DNA from: Vulcanimicrobiota bacterium
GTDB taxonomy: Bacteria; Vulcanimicrobiota; Vulcanimicrobiia; Vulcanimicrobiales; Vulcanimicrobiaceae
Direction: 5' to 3'
DNA: 64,000 bases
Assembly: GCA_963767725.1 (NCBI GenBank)
Contig: CAVYEN010000002.1
Coordinates: 388,309-452,308, forward strand
This document shows positions 30,266 through 39,578 of the stretch, one piece after another; position 1 is the first letter of the stretch, and each line of letters begins with the position of its first letter. A program made the translations under genes and the position numbers. Under the pieces are notes generated by a model, which ran no database searches, had not been told where the DNA came from, and was given only the letters and a program-made list of their open reading frames with translations.

Positions 30266-30566
30266 ATGATCTTTGAATCGTCGGGGCGGCGTGTCGCGCG
30301 AATCGCTCTATTCGGAGAACTGGACCTTTCCGTCAAAGACAGCATCGTTGCAAAGTTGCGGCCGGCTCACGATGCCGACGACGTCGATCGTAGACTTGAC
30401 TGAGGTTCGGTATATCGACTCGACCGCTTTGGGTTGTCTGGTCCGCGTGAAGAACGACTTGATTCAGCGCGGTGGCGGCAAGGTGCAACTCGTGGGCCTC
30501 CAGCCCAACGTTCGTCGCGTGTTCGCCTTGACGAAGCTCGACGAGATATTTGAAATCAGCGAGTAA
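30266..30566 (+). pseudogene. STAS-domain anti-sigma-factor antagonist (SpoIIAA/RsbV-like), one frame break
   Basis: MIFESSGRRVARIALFGELDLSVKDSIVAKL is in the frame starting at ATG 30266. IVDLTEVRYIDSTALGCLVRVKNDL... is in ORF 30273..30566. The switch is near 30386. Confidence 0.75.
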
Positions 30567-30984
30567 GAGCGTCAGCGAGACTCGGCTTGTTCGGTAGTTT
30601 CGCGACGACTCTGGCGCCGGCCGAGTCATTCTTTTCGACCTGAACTTGCGTGGCGAAGCGCGACACGATAAAGAGACCGCGACCGCCTTCCGTCAGGACA
30701 TTTTCGGGAAGCTTTGCATTGAATGCGAACCCCGGACCTTTGTCACCAACGTTGAGGAGCACGCTCGTTCCATCGCATTCCAGCGTGATATCGATTGGGC
30801 CGGGGGCGTGCCGAATAACATTGCCGACCAACTCGGTAAAAACGACGTGCGCCGCTACTTCGTCGACGGTCCAGCCCGCATGCTGGCGCACGACCGCTAG
30901 AAGATGCTCGCGCTGCGCTAATGCAACCGCCGCATTTTGCGTTCTGTAAGACCATAGGACCCCGTGCGCGCACATGTTTTCCAC
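30556..30984 (-). CDS. Anti-sigma regulatory factor, HATPase_c Ser/Thr kinase (RsbW/SpoIIAB-like)
   Basis: 142 aa: ELVGNVIRHA (N-box), VGDKGPGF (G1), GGRGLFIV (G2). An alternative start is ATG 30975. The 3' end overlaps the STAS gene by 11 nt in convergent orientation. Confidence 0.8.
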   Translation of the reverse strand: MENMCAHGVLWSYRTQNAAVALAQREHLLAVVRQHAGWTVDEVAAHVVFTELVGNVIRHAPGPIDITLECDGTSVLLNVGDKGPGFAFNAKLPENVLTEGGRGLFIVSRFATQVQVEKNDSAGARVVAKLPNKPSLADALTR

Positions 30985-31193
30985 ATTTTCCCGATTTCAA
31001 TGGGTACAAACTCAAAAGGGATGACGCGCAGCCCCCTCGTGGGGGGCCGGCGAGCGAAGCGAGCATAGCTGCCGAGCGGAATGTACCAGCACAAGACGTG
31101 CGCGGGCGCCCATACCGTCGGTGAAGTAGTACGTTCGTCGTCTCTTGCTCAGGCGCGCCGGCTTAGCCACGTCCGAAGAGTTGGGGAAAAAGA

Positions 31194-31900
31194 CTAGATG
31201 TAGAAGCGCAGCTTCGGCCAAAGCTCCGCGAGCGGCTTTCTGATTCCGGTGCAGACCGCGATCGTAGTTATTGTGCTTCGAAATCGCCGGCGGCAGGCCG
31301 AATCGGGCGCCGAAGAAATCGATCGCGGCCGCTTCGCCGTAGTTGCTCGCAACGATCGCCTCGCGATCGCGCTGCCGTTCCGGCAACGCGTAGTAGACGC
31401 GCGCGACGGTCGATGCCAGCTCTGGCCAGCCGTGCATGTCGGCCCAATCCTCGGGCAGTGCTGCGGTGCGGTGGTGTTCCGTCGCGAGCGCCGATCGGGG
31501 AACGTGCATCGCGCGGCGACTAAATTTGCGTAGTCGAGCGTGGCCGACTCCGAAAGCACCGGGAGCGCAAATGGCATAAAGAAACTCCCGCCGCCACGGT
31601 TGCCACGCCCACATGCGATGCGCACGACGAACAAACGATGCGTCCAGCCTTCGATGGCAACACCGCCGGCCGCCATAAGGACCGGATAGACATCCGCAGG
31701 ATAGTAGTATTTAGCGTGGAGAGCGATCATGGTCACAATGAGAATCACATACGCATAGCCGAGAAAACGCGCCGTTGAATGTGCGAACAGCCAAATGAGA
31801 CCGACGATCCAAATCGGCCACGCGAAGAGATTGGTGATGAGGAGTTGCTGGAAAAGAAACAGACCCGGGACTGCGACGACGTTCTTACTGGTCGCACCGC
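31194..31900 (-). pseudogene. Decayed C-terminal remnant of a second GT39 glycosyltransferase
   Basis: Paralogous to 28073-28800 (ARFLGYAYVILIVTMIALHAKYYYPADVYPV; WADMHGWPELASTVARVYYALPERQR...ASNYGEAAAIDFFG; LAELWPKLRFYI). It lacks the N-terminal half, has an internal deletion of about 50 aa and at least 4 frame switches in 700 nt. Confidence 0.75.
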
Positions 31901-31903
31901 TTC

Positions 31904-33409
31904 CTACGTGGGATCGAACGAGCCGCGCAGGATCATCGCTTCCGAGATTTCCCGCGCCTTGTGATATCTGCCGCGCGCTTGTGCATTTGCCTCCGCCGGG
32001 AGCTCGTCGAGAATGCGGGCGAGCTCTTCGTCGAACAGCGTGCCGATCGATGCAGGCGTGTACGGTCCGGGATGACGCAGACGCTGCGCGATCATCAATC
32101 GGTAGATCCGGTCGGTTGCGAGGTCTTCCATGTAGCCGTCGAGCAGGCTTGCCCCGCGGCCTTCGAGCACGCCGTGCCGATACCGAATGACGGTGCGAAC
32201 CGCAGCCCGCGTGCCCTCGATCGTCGTTGCGCCCACGCCGGTTGGTGCTGGACGCAAGTTGGGATGTGCCGCCTCGAGCGTCGGGCGCTTCTCGAGCTGG
32301 TTCGGACATGGAAATTGCGCGACGGCGATGGCGTTTTGATCGGGATGCCCTGTCCAAGCGCCGTCCATGAGGCAAGCCGCTTCGTTTGCCTTGTCGCGTT
32401 CGAGCACGCCAAGTGCGCGTTCGTTCAGTTGCGCGTCTTCGCGGCTGGGAAACAGTGCGGTCATGCCCCCGATGGCGAGCGCTCCGTGTTTATGCGTGAG
32501 CTCCGGCAGCAGCGTGCGGACGCGCTGAAAGAATGGAACGTCGAACGGTATCGTGTTTCGGTCAGGCAGAAGCCACTGCGGATCTTCCAGATTGTAATGA
32601 ATGAGGCTCGCCATATAGTCCCAGCGGCCGAGATTGAGTCCAAGAATGTAATCGCGCAAGTTAAAGAGGAACTCTTCCATTTCGTAGGCGATCGGATGAG
32701 ATTCGACCAGCGCCATCGCCTTGATCGATTCGGGATTCCACCCCTTCGCCTCGATAAGCGCGTCGAAAACTTCCTTCCACCAGCGGGCCTCTTCGGCGGA
32801 CTCGGACTTCGGAATGTAGATGCAGAGGGGATGGCGCAGCCGATCGTATTCGAGGCGAAAAACCAGCAGCGCGAGGTCGAAGAGCGAGGCGCTGGTGGGG
32901 ACGTGCGCGATGACGCCGGCTTGCGCAAGATGGAGACCGCGCACGCGGTTCCACACAACCGTCGCACTCGGCTTGACGGAAACCGTGCCACCGCGTTTTG
33001 CGTCGTCGTACGTCAGCTCGCCGTAGAGAGCGGAGACGATGTTTCGGTGACCAAGCATGAGATGCTCCCACGTGTTGGCCATCGAATCTTCGAGATCGAG
33101 CATCACTCCCGGCGCTCCCGAGTTTAGCATCTTCACGCACAGCTCCGCATCGTCGGCCGGACCGGTCATCTGATTGCGCTGGTCCGAGCACCATGCGGGC
33201 AGCTCGATGCGCCACGACGATTGCGTCGCGTCCGATGGCGGCAGATAGTCGGGCAGATCGCCGCCGTGCGCCTGCGCCAGCCGGTCCTTGCGCACCTGCA
33301 CGAGCCGGTCGCGCGCCGGCGAGAAGCGCCGGTGTAGCGGCAAATAGAAGTTGGTAAATCCGGCCGGCAAATCTCGCTCGATCGCAAAGCCGGCCGGAGC
33401 GACGTTCAT
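31904..33409 (-). CDS. aceB: Malate synthase A
   Basis: 501 aa: LPAWCSDQRNQMTGPADDAEL...MLDLEDS...; a full-length match to the family architecture. Its ATG lies 1 nt after the aceA stop. Confidence 0.94.
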   Translation of the reverse strand: MNVAPAGFAIERDLPAGFTNFYLPLHRRFSPARDRLVQVRKDRLAQAHGGDLPDYLPPSDATQSSWRIELPAWCSDQRNQMTGPADDAELCVKMLNSGAPGVMLDLEDSMANTWEHLMLGHRNIVSALYGELTYDDAKRGGTVSVKPSATVVWNRVRGLHLAQAGVIAHVPTSASLFDLALLVFRLEYDRLRHPLCIYIPKSESAEEARWWKEVFDALIEAKGWNPESIKAMALVESHPIAYEMEEFLFNLRDYILGLNLGRWDYMASLIHYNLEDPQWLLPDRNTIPFDVPFFQRVRTLLPELTHKHGALAIGGMTALFPSREDAQLNERALGVLERDKANEAACLMDGAWTGHPDQNAIAVAQFPCPNQLEKRPTLEAAHPNLRPAPTGVGATTIEGTRAAVRTVIRYRHGVLEGRGASLLDGYMEDLATDRIYRLMIAQRLRHPGPYTPASIGTLFDEELARILDELPAEANAQARGRYHKAREISEAMILRGSFDPT

Positions 33410-33410
33410 G

Positions 33411-34712
33411 CTATGCCGGCACGCGTTTTGCCGCTTCGTAGAATTGCTCTGCTTCGGTAGATTCGCCCAACGCCGTGGTCGAGACGTTACCTCCGCCGAT
33501 GACGCTCGCGACTTCGTCGAAATAACCCGTTCCTACCTCACGCTGATGGCGCGTCGCGGTATAGCCTGACGCTTCACTCGCAAACTCTTGCGCCTGAAAC
33601 TCGGCGTACGCGGTCATGCCGCGCGACTTGAAGTCGTGCGCAAGGCTAAAGAAGCTGTGATTGAGTGCGTGGAAACCGGCGAGCGTGACGAACTGAAACT
33701 TGTAGCCCATCGCACCGAGCCGATGTTGGAAGGCCGCGATCGTGGAGGCGTCCAGCTTCTTCTTCCAATTGAACGATGGCGAGCAGTTGTATGCGAGCAG
33801 TTTGCCGGGATAGCTGGCATGGATTGCATCGGCGAAACCGCGCGCTTCATCGAGGTTCGGCTCCGACGTTTCCATCCAGAGCATGTCCGCGTAGGGCGCA
33901 TAGGACAAGCCGCGCGCGATGCACGCCTCGATGCCGGCCTTCGTGACGTAAAATCCCTCGGGCGTGCGTTCCTGGGTGAGAAAGCGGCGATCGCTCGGAT
34001 CGACGTCGCTCGTCACGAGCTTCGCGGCATTCGCATCGGTGCGTGCAATGAGGACCGTAGGTACGTCGAGCACATCGGCCGCAAGCCGCGCGGCCAGAAG
34101 ATGCCGCACTGCCTGTTGCGTCGGAATCAGTACCTTGCCGCCTAGATGGCCGCACTTTTTTTCTGAGCTGAGCTGGTCTTCGAAGTGCACGCCCGCCGCA
34201 CCGGCTCGTATCATCGCTTTCATCAGCTCGAAAACGTTGAGTGCACCGCCGAAGCCCGCTTCGGCGTCGGCGACGATCGGTAAGTACCAATGCATTCCGC
34301 CGCGTCCTTCGAGAGACTCGATCTGGTCGAGACGCGAGAGCGCGTTGTTGAGCCGCTCGACTAATGCCGGAACGCTATTGACGGGATAGAGACTCTGATC
34401 GGGATACATCTCACCGGCCAGATTCGCGTCGGCGGCGACCTGCCAGCCGCTGCAATAGAGCGCCCGCAAGCCGGCGCGGGCGGCCTGAACCGCCTGATTT
34501 CCCGTGAGCGCTCCGAGTGCCGTAACCGGCGCGTCGCCTTGGAGCTCCCTCCACAGCCGCTCGGCGCCCATTCGGGCGAAGCTGTGCTCGGGCACGAAGC
34601 TGCCCCGCAGACGCAAGACTGCGTCGCCGCCGTATCGGCGCTCGACGCCCTGCCAGCGATCGTCACTCGACCAACGTTGCTCGAGGGTCTGGGACCGGCC
34701 GTTGTTGCTCAT
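33411..34712 (-). CDS. aceA: Isocitrate lyase
   Basis: 433 aa carrying the signature KKCGHLGGK. Confidence 0.98.
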   Translation of the reverse strand: MSNNGRSQTLEQRWSSDDRWQGVERRYGGDAVLRLRGSFVPEHSFARMGAERLWRELQGDAPVTALGALTGNQAVQAARAGLRALYCSGWQVAADANLAGEMYPDQSLYPVNSVPALVERLNNALSRLDQIESLEGRGGMHWYLPIVADAEAGFGGALNVFELMKAMIRAGAAGVHFEDQLSSEKKCGHLGGKVLIPTQQAVRHLLAARLAADVLDVPTVLIARTDANAAKLVTSDVDPSDRRFLTQERTPEGFYVTKAGIEACIARGLSYAPYADMLWMETSEPNLDEARGFADAIHASYPGKLLAYNCSPSFNWKKKLDASTIAAFQHRLGAMGYKFQFVTLAGFHALNHSFFSLAHDFKSRGMTAYAEFQAQEFASEASGYTATRHQREVGTGYFDEVASVIGGGNVSTTALGESTEAEQFYEAAKRVPA

Positions 34713-34807
34713 TGCTCCTCCGTGCAGCGGTTACTATTTGGATTGGTCCGAATTGCTCTTGGCTTTTATTGGATGGTACAAGAAACAATCTTGGACCGAT
34801 TATTTAC

Positions 34808-34836
34808 CATATACTCACTCCTGAAACCAAAGTCAA
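34808..34836 (-). promoter_or_regulatory. Candidate sigma-70 promoter of aceA-aceB
   Basis: On the minus strand TTGACT (34831-34836), a 17-nt spacer and TATATG (34808-34813), within the only clearly AT-rich intergenic tract of the window. Confidence 0.5.
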
Positions 34837-34855
34837 GAATTTCGATGGGTCACGC

Positions 34856-36319
34856 TCATGGGATGACCACAAAAAGCTCGTGGTAGGCATCGAGCGACGC
34901 GAAATCGCGCGTCCCGGGCAGCGCCGAAAGCGCGTGCGGATCGACCAGCACGAAAACGGGGCGGCTTTTCGCCCAGCGCCGGTAGAGAGGCACGCGCAGC
35001 TTATCATCGGAAACGACGATGCGCCCGGCAAGCGAGCCGTCCACGTAGGCTCCATAAGCGAGCGACGTCGCGTCGAGCCACTCACTGACGATCGCGCTTC
35101 CCGGCGGTACGTACGGCCGCACCGCGTTGATAACCCAGCGGCCGCCTTCGGCGGGCGTATGCCCGAAGAAGGCCCGCTGACGCTCGAAGGCAAGGGCCGC
35201 GCCGGCTGCCAGATAGACGATCAGCATGCCATGCAAGAGTAAGGAGAGCCTGCGGCTCGATCGCGGGGTGAGTGCACCGAGCAATGGGACCGCGAGCCAC
35301 GATGCCAGCAGCCGATAGCGTCCCACGTCACTCTCGTTGGGATAGACGACCGAGAAGAGCAGTGCCGCAGTGCACGCGATGCAGAGCACGAGCGTCGCGC
35401 GCCAATCGCGCCGCCACGCCGCGACAAATCCGCCAAAGATGAGCAGTGTCGGGGACGTACCGTATTGCACGTGCATTCCGTCGATGAATGCCCAAAGCGC
35501 GGCTTCCAGATGCACCGGATTGAACGATGCGAGAAAATAGGCGGGCGTCTCCGATTCGCTGCCGGTGAGTTCGAGCGCGAGCCCGTGCAGCGTTCGAGGA
35601 TCGTTGTAATTCCAAAAGATTCCGCCGCCCGCAGCTGGCAAGAGTGCGGCCGGATCGAGGTGATGCGTTACGACGTACTCCGATCGCAACGGCAGATAGA
35701 GATAGAGCATGAGGGCGCCGACGACCAGTCCGAGTGAGGCTGCGAGCAATGGCAACGACGCACGGCGCTTTGCGATCACGGCGCCTATGAAGAACGCGGG
35801 GAGAATCCAAAGCGCGTTGGGATGGGCGGCCATGCCGAGCCCGCAAAGCCCGAAGGCCGCCGCAAACGACGCCGCGCGGCCCCCGCGCATCCAACGCAGC
35901 ATAAGATAAATAGCCAGCGCGCAGCACGCTACGGCGAGATCCTGGGCCTCGGCTCGAATCGCATGCATCCAAACGTTCTGTGTGACGGCAAACCAGAGCG
36001 TCGCAAGGAGTGCGACGGGTAGGCTCGCGCCGAACTCGAGCGCGACGCCGCAGGCTGCTGCGGCGGCGGCCGCCAATGCGACGCCGCTCATCGCGTTCAT
36101 TCGCCAGGCCACCGATTCTAACGCGAAGACGTGCGACCACGCATATCCAAACAAGACGTAGAACGGAAATCCGGTCGGATGGGAGATGCCGAGAATGTAG
36201 GGAACGCCCTGCAGCTCGGCGGTATCCCAGGATGCCGGCTCCGGCGAAACGCTTGCAATGTAGACGATCGCCGGCAGCGCAAAAGCCGCCAGCACAAAGA
36301 TGGGGCGCGCGCCCCTCAC
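34856..36319 (-). CDS. DUF2723 (TMEM260-like) GT-C-fold membrane protein
   Basis: GTG at 36319 overlaps the tricorn TGA (GTGA). SWDTAELQGVPYILGISHPTGFPFYVLFGYAW resembles the DUF2723 HPPGYP-type motif, followed by about 10 TM segments and a soluble C-terminus. The N-terminal 94 aa of ORF 34856..36601 are junk overlapping tricorn. Confidence 0.7.
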   Translation of the reverse strand: MRGARPIFVLAAFALPAIVYIASVSPEPASWDTAELQGVPYILGISHPTGFPFYVLFGYAWSHVFALESVAWRMNAMSGVALAAAAAAACGVALEFGASLPVALLATLWFAVTQNVWMHAIRAEAQDLAVACCALAIYLMLRWMRGGRAASFAAAFGLCGLGMAAHPNALWILPAFFIGAVIAKRRASLPLLAASLGLVVGALMLYLYLPLRSEYVVTHHLDPAALLPAAGGGIFWNYNDPRTLHGLALELTGSESETPAYFLASFNPVHLEAALWAFIDGMHVQYGTSPTLLIFGGFVAAWRRDWRATLVLCIACTAALLFSVVYPNESDVGRYRLLASWLAVPLLGALTPRSSRRLSLLLHGMLIVYLAAGAALAFERQRAFFGHTPAEGGRWVINAVRPYVPPGSAIVSEWLDATSLAYGAYVDGSLAGRIVVSDDKLRVPLYRRWAKSRPVFVLVDPHALSALPGTRDFASLDAYHELFVVIP

Positions 36320-39300
36320 GCCAGCGTGGGCAATGGAAGCGATGGCCGCGTCGCGAGGTCGGGGCGAACATCGACGTACCCGTCTAGCGCGCGCTCCATC
36401 AGTTCGAGGGCGACTTCGAGTTGCGGATCCTTGCCATCGCGATAGTCGTGCGGCGCGATGTCGACGTCGTAGTCGGGGTCGGTACCGTGATTTTCCACGC
36501 CCCAACCGACGTCGACGAACCAGAAGGAGAACTCCGGCTGGGTCGTCAGCGTGCCGTCGACGAGGTGGTGGTAAGGGTCGATCCCGATGACGCCGCCCCA
36601 CGTCCGCTTACCAACGAGCGGGCCCAGCTTATAAAGTTTGAAGGAGTGGCTGAAGATGTCGCCGTCGGAACCTGCGAACTGATTCGTCAGCGCAACGATC
36701 GGACCACCGACCGACTCCGGAGGGTACGGAACCGGTGCTCCATAACGCGGCGCGTCGTATCCGATCCGCTTGCGCGCGAGCTTCTCGAGCAGCAACGGCG
36801 ACACGTGACCGCCGCGGTTGTAGCGCACGTCGACGATCAAACCCTTGCGATCGAACTCGCTCAAATAGCCGCGGTGGAACTCCGAGAATCCCCACGGGCC
36901 CATATCGGGAATATGCAGGTAGCCGACTCGCTCGCCGGTGCGCTCGTGCACGATGCGGCGCTTCTCTTCGACGAAAGCGCGGTATCGCAGGGCCGACTCG
37001 CTGGCAAGCGCCTTAACCAGCACCGTTCGCTCGTCGTCCCTCTTGGCACGCAGCGGTCACCGAAACGTTTCGACCGGAAGCGTTCACGAGCAGCTGATCG
37101 GGAGTGACGTCGCGCGATAAGCGCTTACCGCCGATAGCAACGATGCAGTCCCCTTCGTGGACGTCTAGCCCGGGCTCGGCAAGCGGCGAATCGTGCTCGC
37201 GATTCCACGAATCGCCGCGATAGATGCGCTCGATGCGGTAGCCGCGGCGATCTTCGTCCCAGCAGAGGTCGGCGCCGAGGAACCCGCGCTGATACTGAGG
37301 CGGTTCTCGGTAATCGCCGCCCCATTCATATGCATGCGACGTCCCGAGCTCGCCCTGCATCTCCCAAATGAGGTCGGAGAGCTCGCCGCGCGTGCGCACC
37401 CGCGGCAAGAGCGCTGCGTACCGATCGTAAACGCGATCCCAATCGATGTCGCTCATGTCCTCGACCCAAAAGTGCTCGGCCTGTAAGCGCCACGCTTCCC
37501 GATACATCTGCGCCCACTCGTCTCGCGGAACGATTTCAACGCTCGCGCGATCGAGATCGATCCAACCGCTCTTGCGTCCCGGTTCACTCGGTGGTTTTTG
37601 TTCGTCGCCCTCTTCTGGGAGATCGCTAAGCGCATCGATTGCGCGCAGGCGGTCGCCGCGATCGGTAAATCAGCGTCCGGGCGTCGCCACCGAGACGAAT
37701 GTCGTCGCATTCCGGCGCGACCGTCGCGAGCCGCTGCTGATCGAAGTCGTAGGCGAGAAGGACGCCGTGCTCCTCGTTGTCGAGATCCTCCCGCCGTGCC
37801 GGCTTGATTCCTTTCACCAAAAAACGCGTGAAGAGGACGCGCTCGTGGACCGCAACGATTTGACCGTAATCCCCCTCGTCTAATGGAAAGCCCAAAATGC
37901 GCCCCGTGATCCCGTCGAAATCGATGTCGACGTCGACCGGCTTAGGCGGCTTACTGTTCGATCGTTCGCGATCGCGATGGTCGTGGTGATCGTGATGGAT
38001 CGGCTTGGGTTTGGGCACGAACGGCGATGGAACGTCGTTTCGTAGGGTAACGACGAACGGCCGGCTCGCCTGTGGGAAACTCAGGTCGAACTGCAGCGCA
38101 TCGTAGACGGGATTGAAATCGCGCGTCGAGATGAAATACAGGTACTTGCCGTCGGGATCCCATGCCGGCGACTTATCGGTGCGCAGCGGCGAGGTCACGT
38201 CGTGCACCTTGCCCGACCGGACTTTAACGATGCGAATGATCGACGTGCCGTGCGCGGGCCACCAAACGTAGGCGATGAAGCGCCCGTCCGGCGAGAAGGC
38301 GAGATCACCGATGCGATGCGAAGGGCACGTATCGAGTACCCGCACGTTACCGTCGTCGATATCGAGAACGCATAAGTCGTGACGATGATTTGCGAACGCG
38401 ACGATACCGCTCGTCGGCGAGCAGACAAGGTCGGTGACTCGTCCGATATCGCCGCTCGTTACGAGCCTGGCTTGCGTCGATGCGTCGGCCGGCCGGAGCG
38501 CAATCTGCTCGAATCCATTCACGTCGGTCACCGAGACGAGGTGCTGACCGTCGAGCCACTGCGTCAGGCGGGTGCGCGCCCGATCGTCGGCCCCGTGACG
38601 CATAGCCGCGCCCTCAAAGAGCGGCATCGTAAACTCTTGGCCGCGCGAATCGAAGGCGAGCTGCGTCCCATCGGGGTTTGGCAGGAAATGCTCGAGCGAT
38701 TCCGACGCTTTCTCAAAGCGTCGCGCGGTTTGCGGCATCGGCGAGCGTGTTTCGATGTGGATTCGACGCGCGGCATCGGCCGCGACGTCGTAGAGCGCGA
38801 TCTCCGCGCCGGCGGAGTAAACGATGCGCTTGCCGTCGGTCGAAGGAAATCGCACATAGTACTCGCGCTCGTTCGTGTGACGAACGATGCCGCTGCCGTC
38901 GAGCGCGCACGAGTAAAGGTTGCCGATGCCTTCGTGATCGGCCAAGAAGTAAATGCGTTCGCCGATCCACATCGGCCAGCACGGGTTTCCGTCGGGAAGC
39001 ACGAGTCGCGCGAACGTTCCCGTCCCCGGCGCCTCAATCCAAATTTCTCCCGACGTGCCGCCGCGGTAACGCTTCCAGCGCGCCGGATCAGCCGCGTTGC
39101 GCCCGATAGCAAGCCGGCCTTGCGGTCCGAACGAGAGCGCCCGCGCGTGGCCGAGGTTCAGTTTTCGGGGCGCACCGCCGGCGCGTGAAATTGCAAACGG
39201 GTGCGTCTCACCTTCGTACCAGGTTGTCGGATTGGCGACGAAATAGATCTCGCTTCCGTCGGCGCTCCAGCCGGTCGTCCCGCAGAGCGCCGCCCCGAGA

Positions 39301-39548
39301 AACGTCAACCGCCTCGGTTCTCCGCCGCGTGACGGCATCACGTAGAGCTCCGGATTGCCTTCGTCGGTCGAGATGAACGCTATCCATTCGCCGTCGGGCG
39401 ACACGCGCGGAAACGAGCACGTACCAAAACTGACGGTCAATCGTACGGCATCCCCGCCTTCGACCGATGCGCTCCAAAGATCGTCTTCACAGACGTAGAG
39501 AATGCGGTCGCCTGCTATCGACGGATAGCGATAGTATCCTCGGTCCAT
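36316..39548 (-). pseudogene. Tricorn protease homologue (beta-propellers + PDZ + S41 peptidase domain), two frame breaks
   Basis: The propeller region is ORF 37626..39548 (MDRGYYRYPSIAGDRILYVCEDDLW). The PDZ region is in the frame of ORF 37013..37507. The catalytic C-terminus is ORF 36316..37023 (LIVDVRYNRGGHVS, TNQFAGSDGDIF). Switches are near 37660 and 37055. Confidence 0.88.
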
Positions 39549-39578
39549 AGTACGGACTTGGCGCCCCGGGCGGAATTA

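Noticed and set aside
30985-31193. Possible small RNA or terminator at the GCCCCC-tcgt-GGGGGG hairpin (31030-31046)
   Set aside because: There is no adjacent U-tract on either strand and no recognisable RNA family. It is more simply promoter-proximal spacer DNA between the kinase gene and the GT39 remnant.
28073-31900. Composite transposon or mobile island bounded by the two GT39 copies
   Set aside because: There is no transposase, integrase, terminal inverted repeats or tRNA target. The repeats are degraded coding sequence of a glycosyltransferase and not IS elements.
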